A DNA stretch of 64,000 bases. Source: the human T2T-CHM13v2.0 reference genome, Homo sapiens. The stretch is taken from assembly GCF_009914755.1 (NCBI RefSeq), contig NC_060925.1, one strand, 5' to 3'. The position numbers and the translations under genes are program-made. Within the stretch, counting starts at the first letter, position 1; each line of letters starts with the position of its first letter. The notes below the pieces were generated by a model. The model did no database searches. It was not told where the DNA came from and saw nothing but the letters and a program-made list of their open reading frames with translations. Of this stretch, positions 30,790 to 45,589 are shown piece after piece.

Positions 30790-31900
30790 ATGCATTTGTT
30801 CCACAAATATTTATTGGGCCTACTGTATGACAGATGCTGTCTGGATTCCTGGAGGGAGTAAAATATAAAGACAGTATCTCAATAAGCTGGAGGTTTAGTG
30901 GTGGTGGTGCCAAGAGATAAGATGTGCCCCCAGATAAAGCAGGACACAGGATATGCTAAAGTGTTATATAAGCAACAAGACCACGAGGCTGGGGAATTTC
31001 ACAGAGAAAGAACATTCTCAACTTATTCAACTGAAGAAGGCTTATTGGGAGAGGGTGACATCAGAGTGGCCACCAAAAACTAGGAAGAATTTTTTTTAAA
31101 CAGATGGTAATAATGAAGGGGCAAAGAAGGGGATGGTGGTGAGAAGCTAGTGTGATGAGAAGAAATGAAGGATGCCCACGGGGAACTGTGAGTGCCCTAA
31201 GTGACTAGAGTGGAAGACCTCTTAACCCACATGTGTGGGTGTGGGTGCACATGTGTGTGCACAGCAGATGGGGAGAGGGTGGGTAAACACTGTTGGAAGG
31301 ACTGGATGCAGTGAGGTGGTGCACACGTTAGGGAGACAGCACTGATGCTGCCTGCTTCCCTCAGTCTGTCATGAGGGTCCTTGCAGAGTGGGGCTCACGG
31401 GATGGAAGGGATGGAAGGAGCACTGGAGGGCCATTAATTAATCTAGAAGCCGAAATACCAGTTGAGAGGCCAAGGCACCGGTGAGAGGTGGCCTTGAGAA
31501 TGGAAAGGCAATGAAGCTGCGAAACCAACTGCAGGAAGAATCCACAGTGCAGATTTGGTATTTGGTTGGAGACTGTCACAGGGGCAGAGTTAGAGAGAAA
31601 GTGATCAGAATGACTGCGTTTTCCATCTAGGAGCATGGAGAATTTTACTCGTTGGGGGTGCGGAAGAGGCTGAGTTTTGGTTGAGGCATTGACAGGACAC
31701 CCTGTTGGAAATTCAGAAGTGGAGTTTGGAGGGCTTTGGGCCAAGGCGCAGCTGGGTGGTCATTCGCGCAGCAGTGGTTCACCACAGGCCTGGGTGGTGA
31801 GCAGCGGCTATAAGGAGAGAAGCAGGCCAAAGACAGCTCGGGACAGCCCTCACATTTGAGGAATGCCAGGAAGACTAAGGACAGTGAAAGAGGGCTTGGG
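30790..31900 (-). mobile_element. L2 fragments
   Basis: catttgttccacaaatatttattgggcctactgtatg, plus further L2 body text. Confidence 0.65.
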
Positions 31901-31985
31901 AGTTATAGCCGACCATAAGCTAACACTTTTCTAAAAAAAAAAAAAAAAAGAAGTAGAAAGACTCAATTTTGTGTGAGACTTAGAG

Positions 31986-32147
31986 TTTTTTTTCTTTTTC
32001 TTTTTCTTTTTATATTACTTTAAGTTCCGGGATACATGCGTGCAGGTTTGTTACATAGATATACATGTGCCATGGTGGTTTGCTGCATCTATCAACCCAT
32101 CATCTAGGTTTTAAGCCCCACATGCATTAGCTATTGTCCTGATGCTC
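31986..32147 (-). mobile_element. 5'-truncated L1PA (7/8-like) 3' terminus
   Basis: ttactttaagttccgggatacatg..gtgccatggtggtttgctgca..ccacatgcattag; short flanking repeat GAGTTT. Confidence 0.88.
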
Positions 32148-32230
32148 GAGTTTCTAATCCTGCCTAGGCGTCATCCCCAGGACTCTCCTTTGTGTGACCC
32201 CCTCCTTTCCAGAGCTCTTTCTCAAGCTCA

Positions 32231-32669
<439 letters not shown>

Positions 32670-32795
32670 TTAGGCACATGTCTTTAAGTGCTTTTAGTGT
32701 TAATCAGGCTGCAGGTTCCACAGCAAGCAATTTATAACCCACAGCCATGCATTGGGAAGGCCTGCATGAGGCATGTTCTTATTTTTAAAACAAGG

Positions 32796-33276
<481 letters not shown>

Positions 33277-33469
33277 CTAGAAAACCCTAGGACTGTTCAG
33301 GACATTTTCTCTAGTTTCTAGTCACTTTGTTTTAAAATATTAATTTGCTAAAATTAAGCTAATCTTAAATATTTTAAGATTTGAAATTCATCATCTTAAC
33401 ACAACTATTTTCTTTTTCTTTTTTTTGTTCCTTGAAATCCTCAATTATATCCCTTTTATTATTTTTTAA

Positions 33470-33890
33470 AGTTGGAATAAAAAGACAATCCTGTATAATA
33501 TAACTACTTCGAATTTTCCACATCTTTATTAGTTTTAGCCAAATGCATAATTCTTACATAATTTTAATCAGTGTATATACAACTCTGTACTCTATCTTTT
33601 CTCTTAACATTATTTCCAGGTCAGTATTCTTGTTCCTCATAGTCATATTTTCATTGTAAATGTCTTCACGACACTCTGTTATACAAATATATCATAATTA
33701 TTTAATCATTTTTCTATTTTGGAACACAGCATTTGCTTTTACTTTCTCCTTATTACAAATAACATAGCTATAAACAGTACATGTATCCTTTTCCTTCTTT
33801 TGAATTATTTCTCTGGAAGCAATTCCCAGGAGTGGAATTATTAGGTCAAAGGATATGAGTGTCTCTTGACAAGCATTGCCAAATCAGCCC
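33470..33890 (-). mobile_element. old L1 (L1ME-like) fragment
   Basis: aattcccaggagtggaattattaggtcaaaggatatg..ttgccaaat. Confidence 0.65.
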
Positions 33891-34359
33891 TGGCCTTCCT
33901 TCCTTTTGCAAAGACTCACTGTATGTACCTGGTGTGTACAATTGCAGGCTCAGCGAGATGTGCCAGGTAGGAGACATGAGGTGAGAGCCCTCCACTAAGC
34001 CGGTTTAGCAAAGAGCCCTTTCCTCCCAGTGTCTTCCAGCAAGTCCTGTGGTTCCCCCTCCACCAGCAGGGAGTGGATAGGAGGGGAGCACAGGAAAGGG
34101 GTGTGGACCCCCTGGAAATGAAGCAATCATATGGTAGTTCCCGCTGGAGCAGCTGCAGATAGGGGGAAGTTACATACCAGTGATGGGGTGCGGGCAACAG
34201 TGAGCCCGGGGACACCAGGACACCAAGAATCTCACCCACCAGTCAGGGATGGAGGCAGAACACCAGAGGGTTTGGGCTGAACTCTAGAGAATGATGGGCT
34301 GGTCCTCTAGGAAATCCCTTGAAGTCCTGAGCAAGAGTGGCCTGAGTTTGGGAGGAGAA

Positions 34360-34740
34360 GCAATCAGTCACTCGCTTGCTTAATAAATATTTAATAAGTG
34401 CCCACTGTGTCAGATTCTGTGCCGGGAATTCTGGACACAAAAGGTAATAAAACTTGGATCCTGCCCTCAGGGAGGTTGCAGTCTGGTAAGACAGTCAGAA
34501 TGATAACAAGTGATTGAAACAGTTTGGTTAAGTATTCTAAGAGATCTGTGCTCAGAACACAGATCTGAGTATGACCTAGGTATCTTGCCCAGAGTGGGGA
34601 GGGGCTGGGGGAAAGAAAGACTTCTTAAAGGCAGTGAAACCTGAGCTCAATCCAGGAGGACAAAGAGGGAATGGATAGTTGAAGGGTGAGGAGGAGGGTG
34701 TTCTAGCTGGAGGAAGTAGCGTGAAAGAGGACAGTGTGCA
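34360..34740 (-). mobile_element. L2
   Basis: aataaatatttaataagtgcccactgtgtcag..cctgccctcagggagg. Confidence 0.7.
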
Positions 34741-36358
34741 GGATCCAACCAGATTGAGTTGGTAAGCCAGGCAAGACCTCGAGAACCTCTTCAGGGCTTG
34801 ATCCGGGAGGTGCCGGGATTTCTACACAGAAGGCGCTTGGGGCTACAGTCTAATTGCAAGGGGAGAGTCCAAGGGGCTAGCCTTGACACTGTTATTTGTA
34901 TAACAAGCATACTTTTCGCCTAAAACGGAATATGTATTTGGTGTGGCTGATGATATTATGGGGTGTTACAGCTCTCAAAAACCACAGCTTGGCCTCACCA
35001 CTTGTTTTATTCCCAGAGTGATGGGGGGGCAGAAAGTTACATAACCAGACTTGAATTTCAGGAAGTTGGCTCTGGCCGTGGTTCAAGGAATGGATTGGAG
35101 AGAGCATGGTATGAGGCCTTTAGGAGGCTGGTCATTCATATGGACTAAAGACCAGGAAAGCTGGGCTTCAGAAGGGACTGTGAGGGCAGAGAAAGAGAAA
35201 AGGAGTTTGAGAGGAGGATCCTTCCTCACAGGGACAAGAATTTTCTATCTAAGGCCTAGCTGACGACTAAGGGAGAGGACAGCATTGTTCCAAGGGACCT
35301 GTGTGTTAATGGGGATGCCTGGGTGTAGGCATAACATTTAAAGGACAGACAGACCAGGGCCTGGGTGTCTTGTGTCCATAATAATAAACAGCTCACCTGT
35401 GCCTCTGGGGCAGCTGTAAAGATGCACTGTGTGTGTCCATGTGTGTGCCAGAGGGGAACCAAGCAAGTGTTAACACGTTGCAGGAGGAAGCTAGGCAGAG
35501 TGGCCAACAGGAGTTCAAGGCTCTGGACCAAATCCCATCACTAAATTGCTGTGGGATCTTGAATCAGTGGCACAAGATTTGGGGGTCTCACCGGAATGAT
35601 CATCTCATCCCTGCCTGGCTTATTGGGAGGATTAAATGAGATCATGAATTCAGAGTTAAGGATTTGGAAAGAATATAAAAGACTCCACAGATGCAAGGTG
35701 TTGTCTCCACTGTGTTTTGGAAAACACGGGGAAATGTCTGCAAACAGCTTGGTCCCTCAAAGAGAAGCAGGTGCTCTGGAGCCTGGATGTGTGTGTGTTG
35801 GGGTGGGGGCAGGGTCAAGCTGTGAGGCGTTCACCTCCCCTCTGGCCTCTGCTTCCTCCTCTTCTTGTGGCTTCCCTTTGAAGCTCTGAGCAGCTGTTAC
35901 AGATGAGAGGCCAGGCTGGGCCAGGCCCAGACCACTCACTCAGAAGCAGAGGCTGTGTTTGAAGCCACCAGCCAGGGGGTAGGCAGGATTTCCTGACTCT
36001 CGAGTGTTTGGGTCCAGCTCTGGCCTGGTACCCCAGAGGCCTACCAGGAGGCCTGTGCTCTCTAACCAGAAGGACCGCCGCCCATCCCTTCAGCCAAGAT
36101 CTCTGTTCCAGCCACAGCCAAAGCCAAAGTCCAGGAGCTGTAGGGACTGCCCTCTCTCTGGTTAAGCATTTTGAGTTTTAGAAACAAAAGCACCAATTAA
36201 GCACAAAGCAGGGAGTGGAGCCAATGGCTCTGCTCGTGTGAGGTTAGCAATGGAGTAGGGAGAGGGGTGAGCGGAGTGTGCGTGGTACGATGGGGTAAGG
36301 AGGGGATAAGGAGGGGGGCAGCCCCAGAAGCAGCTTCCCCGAGGCCAAGTTCAATGCC

Positions 36359-36725
36359 TTTATTAGTTCGGTAGCGCTGCTGTAACAAAGTGCCATGGAC
36401 TGGATGGCTTAGACAGCAAAACTTTATTTCCTTGCAATTCGAGAGGCTAGAAATGTGAGACGGAGGTGTCAGCAGTGCTGGCTCCCTCTGATGCCTCTCT
36501 CCATCTTCTCCCTGTGTCTTCACGTGGTCTTCTCTCTGTGCGTGTGTGTGTCCTCATCTCTTCTCATAAGGACACCAGCCAGGTGGGACCAAGGGCCATC
36601 GTAATGACCTTATTTTAACTTAATTTCCTCTGTGAAGACCCTACCTCCAAATACAGTCTCATTCTGTGGTACTAGGGGTTAGGGCTTCAACATGGGAATT
36701 TCAGGAGACAGTTCAGCCCAGGACA
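36359..36725 (-). mobile_element. MLT1A-like MaLR solo LTR
   Basis: tattagtt..gctgctgtaacaaagtgcca..ctccaaatacagtc..gttcagccc; perfect 5-bp TSD ATGCC at 36354-36358 and 36726-36730. Confidence 0.9.
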
Positions 36726-37463
36726 ATGCCACCAGCCTGGAGCCTCACTTCCAGCTGTGGGTGAGAATGGAAAAGTCACAGCAGAAGTCACCACACCTAA
36801 CCACAGAATGCCACAGGCTCTGAACACCCGATCTGTACTGGAGTTCTGGGTCCCACCTTTCCCTTCATGCCTGGCTCCTTCTGTCATGCCTGCCCTGGGC
36901 CACATCCTAGAAAGAGTGTCCCAGGCACCAGGGCACACTGCATTCTGCGCTGGCACTGTTGCTATGCAACTCTCCTCGCACGCCGACCTGGGCCCAGCTT
37001 CCCTTATGTCACCTCCTTCTGGGTCGATAAACTCATGTCACGCCTTTCTAACACAGAGTGCAATGCTGTGGACTGTGACCAGGTGTCTTCCTGCCCTTCT
37101 ATCTTCTTGGCCTGTTGCTCCTGCTGGTCCCTCTACCTGCAACACCTCCCTGCCTCTTCCCTGCCATCCTGCAAGTAATTTTGTTCCTGTTGAGCTCTTA
37201 CCCTCCCAGGATTATTCCATTTGGGGTGCTAGGTCTTCCCAGCCAAGACAGAGGAGAAGAGGGTATAGATACAGGGAAAGCATGGCAGGGAACAGGGTGG
37301 GATGAGCCTCTGATAGGCCTTCTCCCCGCTGTTCTTGAGGGGGGCTGCGTTCCTCCCTGACCTCCACTCTTATCTGGGGGTTGGGTCCAGGTGTTTCTTC
37401 TCACCCAAACAGTTAACAGTGCCTTTTCCCACAGAAGGGCAGAAGCCCTATTTCCAGGCCTGA

Positions 37464-37814
<351 letters not shown>

Positions 37815-38865
37815 TCTGTTCACTTTTCATTCCTCCTGGAGCCATGATTCCCCTCTTAGCATCTAGCCTGGAGAGGATTTAAGTTTAAAAGGAACTGGGC
37901 CCTTTAAAGATGAAACCTCACCGGGCCCAGATACTTGAGTGTATTTTCAGCCAGAGGCCTAGGTAAAGATACAAGCAGTTGTCAGGCTGGAAACAGGCCT
38001 GCTGCTCCCTCGAGACAGACCAACAGTTGCTGCCCCAGCAGAGGACACACATTTTCTAAATATTATTTTCTAATTACAAGAAAGTCAAACAACTTTAAAG
38101 CTAATGAACAGTACCTTTTTTGCCCGTCGAATGCACCTCCAGTCTTTGTGAATTTGTATTGATTTGCTGTTATGTGACTCATCGCAGGGCACAAAGCATG
38201 GGGGATTTTTTTTTAGCCTTTTTCTTGTTTCATACACATCTCCATGTGTGAGAAATGTTGGATATTCGTCATTTGTAATGGTAGCATAGTGTTTTATTAT
38301 GCTCCAGAATTTACTTTGTGATCCATAATTTACTTCAACTAGTCTTCAAAATTCAGTATTTAGATGGCTTCTAATTTTTCACTTTTATGTCATGCCACTG
38401 CTACAGGCAATTTTGAATAAACTGCATTCTTCTTTATTTTCTTAGTGTATATTCTAAAAATAGAACAAAGACTTCTCGAGCTTTGGTTACACAGTTGCAG
38501 ATTATTGTCTCAAAACAGAGTAGAATTAATCAAAGTGTAATGCTAACAGCAGTTTTTAAGGGAACAATTTTCGCCATAATCCTGGCAGCCTTTTATCATT
38601 ATTACATATTTCTGCCCATCTCACAGTTGTGCAACGATACCTTAGAGTTACTTTGCATTTTATTAATGACTGTCAATGTCATGTGTCTTCCTAAACTATA
38701 ACTTTGGGTTGGTATTTTCTCCCATGCTTTGGAAGTTTATCTCCTTTAGTTGCTTTCTGGTGTTTATTTTACACAGATTTCGCAGGTATAAACATGTTGT
38801 GTAATTTTCCTTAGCAAGCTTCTACCCTGGCAGCCCTTGCCTCCACAAAATCTGCTTTTATGAAA

Positions 38866-39660
38866 GCAGTGGTTCTCAACTCTGGATTCCTGTTAGAGTC
38901 CTGGGGGGAGAGTTTCTAAAATTTCAACACCTGAGGAACTGGGCAGACTGCTAATCTGATTTAACAGATGGAGATCTGCCTAGGCATTGTAGCCCAGTTA
39001 CTTGATCCGGAAGACAGAGCCTCAGTCTTTATCCAGCGGCTGATGTCTTTAAACCCACAAATATTGCACACCTATTACGTGTTGGCCACTCTGCTAGGAA
39101 TATGGGGATGTCAAGGTAAAGGCTAGGGTACCTACCTTCAAGGCGGGCTCACACTCTGTTAGAGAGACAGACAGTTCAATGTAGCAAGATAAGTGCTATG
39201 AGAGAGAATTGCATGGAGTGGCTATGATGGCATAACCCAGGGGAGAGGTCCATGAAGGCTTCTTAAAGAAGGCAGGAAGGAGCTGGATCTTGGATGATGA
39301 AGAAGAACTGTCCAGGTGAAGAGAATAAGGATCAAGGCATTTGAGGTAGAAGAACAGCATCTGCAGACACAGAGGCAGGAAAATGCGTAATAGGTTCAGA
39401 AGGCTGCAGGAAGTCCCTGGTGGGAAGAGCAGGGGCCTGGAATTGGACTGCCAGGGTTGAAACCCCAGCTCTGCTGCAGCTTTGTCACCTTTGTCATTTT
39501 GCTTCTCTGAGCTCCAATTCCACCTTCTACAGCATACGGATCATAATGCTTGGCTGGTTCAAAAGGTAGTTTTCAGGATCAAATGAGATCATCTTCGTTA
39601 AGCACTAAGCATGGTATTGGGCACATGGTAAATGTTTAATAAGTGTTGGCCATTATTGAG
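38866..39660. mobile_element. cluster: MER5-like end (~38866-38960), L2 (-, ~39050-39420), MIR (+, ~39420-39660)
   Basis: cagtggttctcaac; cacctattacgtgttggccactctgctagg; gggttgaaaccccagctctgc..gatcaaatgagat. Confidence 0.6.
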
Positions 39661-39674
39661 GAAGTGTTACTGTT

Positions 39675-40060
39675 TGGTGAAAGGGCCATGTACACAAAGT
39701 GGCTCCCAAATGCAGAAGGAGCTGAGCGACAAAGAAGTCCAGTGTGCCATTGGAGGGTGATTTTACTGGGGAACTTATGGACAGAAGTATGGTCTTGGGT
39801 GGCTGCACCATTACCCCTCAGACCAGGGATTATATACCATAGGGAAAGGGTACACGTGCTTCAGAGGGAATGGGTAGGAATTTGATCTAAGGGCAGGATT
39901 TAAGTCAGTACAAGTTTATCAAGGATGATTTTATGTAAGGGCAGGATTTACAGTAAGTTTGTGCTCTTACACAAGGAACAATACTTAAACTGGAAATTTC
40001 AGAGGCATTCCTGTAGCCAGGGTTAAGCAGAAGTCAACATAGTGCTGTGTTAGCCTCCAT
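39675..40060 (-). mobile_element. ERV1-class solo LTR (subfamily uncertain)
   Basis: LTR-like text ggggaacttatggacagaag..aagggcaggattt (x2)..agaggcattcc..cagaagtcaacat, recognised from memory. Confidence 0.55.
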
Positions 40061-41559
40061 AGTTACCTTTCTGGAAGGAGAGATTGACAGGGGCCTTATA
40101 TTCTCTACTAAGATGTTTTGATTATTTAGTAGGTAGTATATAAACCAAGAAAAGTCATGATGAGACTTATATTTGAGAAAGGTTATGTGGGCAGGAGAGG
40201 GCAGAATAGACAAGAGGAAGGAGAGCAGAAAGAAATCAGTTAGGTAACCATAATCTCTTCCCACAGTCGAGAGAGAGGTGATGGCAGCCTGAAGTTCAGT
40301 AACTACAGTGAGGATGAAGAGTCTAGACCAGAAATATATATATAGAAGACAGGACTAGGCTTAGTGACCTACTGGATGTGAGAAGGCAGGGGAGACAGAA
40401 TCCGACATTACCTGATTGCCATCCCCAAATCTGCTCCTGAGTTCAGCTGGGTCCTGCAGACCCAGCCGTCATGTCTTCTCCAGATGGGCCTGTCATTGCT
40501 GCACTTCATGGCTCCCAGGGACTGACTTCCTGAGGTTGAGAAGGCTGTGGAGGAAGAGTACAAGGGCCTCTTGTTTCCGAAGCTGGATGGAGGCTGCACC
40601 TCTCCCGAAGGAAATGAGCTCAGCTTCCCCAAACCTCCCTCCTGCAAAAGAAATCTTAAGTTTAGACACTTGGAACCTGCCCCAAGACCCTCACTGACAT
40701 CACCCTTAGGCATCCGGATAGCTTGTTAAAGCGTCTGGTCCAGGCCCATCTCTGCCTGGGGAGGGTTGGCCCACAGGAGAGAGGTGCTTTGCAGAGAGGA
40801 AATGGCTCAAACCAGATATCGCTTTGTTTGTTTTCCCTGTGAAGAAAAGAGACCATTTTTTTCTCTCCTCTTTTATTTTTTAGGGATCAGGGAGATATTT
40901 TTAATTCCTCTAGTTTCCTGCTGTCTACAGGTGTTTCCTATGGTGTTGCTGTCAGAAAGGACAGAGCTCGTCACATAATCAGCTTTGTTCCTGAGATTAT
41001 CAAAAAGTCTCCCTGCTATGACCTGCGTGTGCCATCCCAAACCCCCTATGGGCAAGGTGAAGGGAACACACCACTGCTGCATAACCTGCTCTGTGCCCTC
41101 CACCAGTCACCCTGGGGGGCAAGGCAGGGCTCTCTCTTAATACCAGCTGATAAGAGGTACAAAAGTGGAGATTAGGAGAGCAGGAAGCCCTTGGTCTCCA
41201 ACAATACTCTGTGGTTGTTGAGTTCCTAGCTACTGCTAGGCAGCTCCAATAGAATCTTTGCTTCTCATACATAAGACAACTCTCCCATCCCAACCAGAGA
41301 TGACAGCCCTGTAGAACCCGTGAGGATGCCTTCGCTATTGAAAAGGCAGAATACTTGTTCATTTAGGCAAGAAAAAATGTTATACATAAACTAAAACTTT
41401 GGGAAAAACACCATGTTCTACTTGCACCAGAGAAGCCCATTATGGGAAATCCTCTTACAAAGTGAAGAAACTATTAGTTAAACAACATAATCTCTCTAAA
41501 TGTATCTGTTTACAATATACATGGATTTATGGAGCCTCACATCTGTCTTTTAGAAGCAA

Positions 41560-42660
41560 CAGAACAAATATTTATTGAATATTTTAATTATACAGCCTAT
41601 CTTTTAAAACCCTCACAGACATTCTGTGAGGTGGGTATTGTGGACTCATTTAAGAAACTACGGCTCAGGATGGTTAAGGGGTTGAGTAGCTGCTGAGGCG
41701 CAAGCGGAGGACTTGAACCCAGGTCTTTTCAACCTGTCTCGAGTTCTATGACATAATCCTCCCTAGAATTCAGTGAGGAGGTAATGATACCTTTGATATT
41801 ATTTCATAGTAAGAACAATGGTATAATGATATGCATATAATAATTAAAAAGAAATTAATATATTAAACCAAGAGACACCTCCTTGTCGGGCAAATGGAAT
41901 GCTTTTATTGGAATAAAATGCAGCAGGCAAACATTTTCTCCACTATTGAGGTTCTTCTTTGTTTTCCTTTTTTAATTGAGCAAATTTTTAAAATCAATAG
42001 ATTGCATTTTATCTGAATTTTAATCTTGTTTTGAAAAATCAGATCATTTGGTGACACTGGGCCTTGAATGATCTTTTGAAAAATGACCCAATGTAACACA
42101 GGTAGACAGTGGGCTAGAGCTGAGGAACAGCAGCTCCATTCATTTGGATGGAGACAGGACAGGACGCCTTCCACATAGTCATTTACATTGCCTGCCCACC
42201 ATCTAAAGGCACTGGAGTTAGCAACGCCTCCTCTAAATGATGGGAGAGGGAGGCATGGAAACAAGCTACAAAGCTGGGCCTGGATGAAAATGGGTCTTGC
42301 ACATTGGGAAGCTCTCCCTTTTCCATCTGCTCTAAAGGGGGTCATTGCTCCCAAGAGTCAAGCTGCAGTCTCAAAATAGGAGCTGCTGTTCAGAATTTAC
42401 ATCACTGACACAGAGTAGAAAGAGAGTTCATAGAAGGGAGGATAGCTGTGTCTTGGTAAGAGTCAGACTGGGACACATTTTGAACCCACCTTCACTATGC
42501 CAGCATGTGACCCTGGTTGGGAAAGCCACTTTATCTCTATGCTTCCCTGTTAGATGGGACTGATAATACAATAATATCTACTTCATAGGGCAAGTAAGAG
42601 GATTAAGTGAGCCAGTGTCCATGATGTGCCTTGCACATAGTAAGCACTCAATCTATAGAT
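41560..42660. mobile_element. two MIRs (~41560-41760 on -, ~42440-42660 on +)
   Basis: MIR core motifs at both ends of the interval. Confidence 0.7.
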
Positions 42661-43412
42661 GTTGATTCCTGTCCTGCTGGTTTTTTTCGAAACTGGTGAA
42701 TACATGACTCCTTTGGAGATACAATCTGTTTATCACCAGGGATATAGATGGATCTATGCTTGTTTGTCCAAGACCTACAGAAAATCAGGGGTGTGGGGCC
42801 TAAAGAAAATCACCTATGTTCCCATTCTCTTTCTTTTGTCCTGTGATTTGGATTTTTAAGAGTATATGCTGAGATGACAGGGCCCATTTTGGCTTCAGAT
42901 TGATCATTTGCTTGAGCAGAAAGCAGTTGCCAATAGCAAAGGGACAGCATTTTTAAAAATATGTTTAGGGCTGGCTGCAAATGGGGCAAATTGACCTAAA
43001 TTTTGGTAAGCCTCATACTTCCTAAAAACAGCTTCAAGGTGCATACATTTAAATTTAGTAATGAAATATCCTTATGGGATCATTAGTAATTTCACCTCCT
43101 TCCTCCCCTCCCCTCTGGGCATCTGTGCCCAGTCCCCAGACACCCAGGACTTGGTTTTGATATGCTGAGCAGATGGACTGCTCACTGCAGCGTTGTTTTC
43201 CAGGTATTTGTTCCCCTGCTCAAATCAGACGTCCTGGAGAGCAGAGCTTAAAATTCTCATTTCAGCATTAAAATTTTTTTTCTTTATTTGATGTTTTCCA
43301 TATTATATATCTTGACAACTTGCTTCCTTTTCCTTGAAAATATATCGTGGACAGCCCTACAAAATCAGTTCTAGTTTACTCATGCACACACACACACACA
43401 CACACATGCACG

Positions 43413-43602
<190 letters not shown>

Positions 43603-43847
43603 TGAGATGGTATGAGACACACTGGGTTTATGCAGCAGTGCTTTTCTTTTGGTTTGCTTCCACCAGATCAGCCCCCCTCCCTGTGTCCAGCCTCCAGAAA
43701 CTTCACATATACCTTTCTGTAGGATACTTTACATTCACATAACTATATAAAAAATTACATATACATTGTGAGCATATGTGTACATAGAGATACACACACA
43801 AGGGGTAAGTTTTCTGGTTGTTGATTTATAAAACTAGTGTTATATAA

Positions 43848-44246
<399 letters not shown>

Positions 44247-45589
44247 TAATAACCTGTTATGTGGATGGGCCATAAACCATTTCCCTTTTTATGGTATTTT
44301 TTTTTTGTCTCTAGTGTTTTGCTGCTGTAAACAGTACTGCAGTTAGCCCCCATGGCTGTGTACGCTAGCATTTATGTCTATGGGGTAGATTCTCAGGAGT
44401 GTAGGGTGAGCTGAAGGGTTTGTGTAATCTAATTTAATCGATGTTGCCAGATTACTTTCCCAAAAGGCTGTAACAAGTCACATTTACTCCAGCAATATAT
44501 CAATATATGAGGGTTCCTTATCTCCATTTCCCCAACCGCAATTGCTATTTTCCCTCCTCTCTCTCTCCCTCTCCTTCCCACCGCCCATCATCTGATAAGC
44601 ATAAAAAGAAATCTTAGTGTTAATTTAACTTGCATTTCCCTGACAAGTACTATCGTAAGTTTGAGCATCTTTTTATGTTGATTGGCGTTTTGAATTTGCT
44701 TTTCTATGAATTGCCTATTTATATCCTTTGTTATGTATTGTTCCTGTCATTATGCGAGAGTGCTTTATATAACAGACATTACCTCATTTTCATCTGTGTT
44801 AGAATACTTTTCCAGGTCTCTAGTTTTCTCTTTACTTCTTTGATAGTATTTCTATATGTAAATAAGTTTTACATTTTCCTTTATAGTCAGGAGGTTTTGT
44901 TTCCTGGGGTTTTAAAATTTTAATAGTTTCTGGGAGTTTTCCCTTAGTTAAAAAAGGGAAACATTTATTTTAACACCTTTTTGGGCACACTCTACACTCT
45001 GCCACTGCATCCTATGTTTCAACTAAGTAATCTCAATTTGCCTTCAGAATGCCATGAACTGCAGAGCCAGGCGTGGGAATCCAGCAAAGCATGCTGGGAA
45101 CTGTGATCACAGGCTCCCCTTGGACCACGTGTCCATTCCCTGGCCAGATCTTACAGCTGATACCAGTCTGGAATTTTTCTAGCTCCAGCTTTTAGCTTCT
45201 GTCATCTCTTTCCTCCCTTGTCAGCCCCCTCCCCCATTTGCTCCTTAAATGGAAGTTTTCCTTCCATTTTCTCAGCTCTCTTCTATATTTTGCCCTTCTC
45301 TCTGGTGGGATAGATGTGGAATGTCCCTGAACTCGCCATGCCTCTGCTCCAGGGCCTCCCAGGGTTACAGGGTCTTTTCCTGCCATCTTAGCCAGGTCAC
45401 TCACCCTTCCCTGGACATTGAACGCTCTCTCCAAAAGGATGTCTGCATCACTGTGAGGGCTGCCCACGTGCCTCTTTTTTGCAATCTTGGTTTGCACGTA
45501 AGAATTCAGGACAAGTGTTTTCTCTTAAACTCCTCGTCATATTTACCCCTTCAGGATAGATTCCAAATACCTTGGCTCCATGCTTAATA

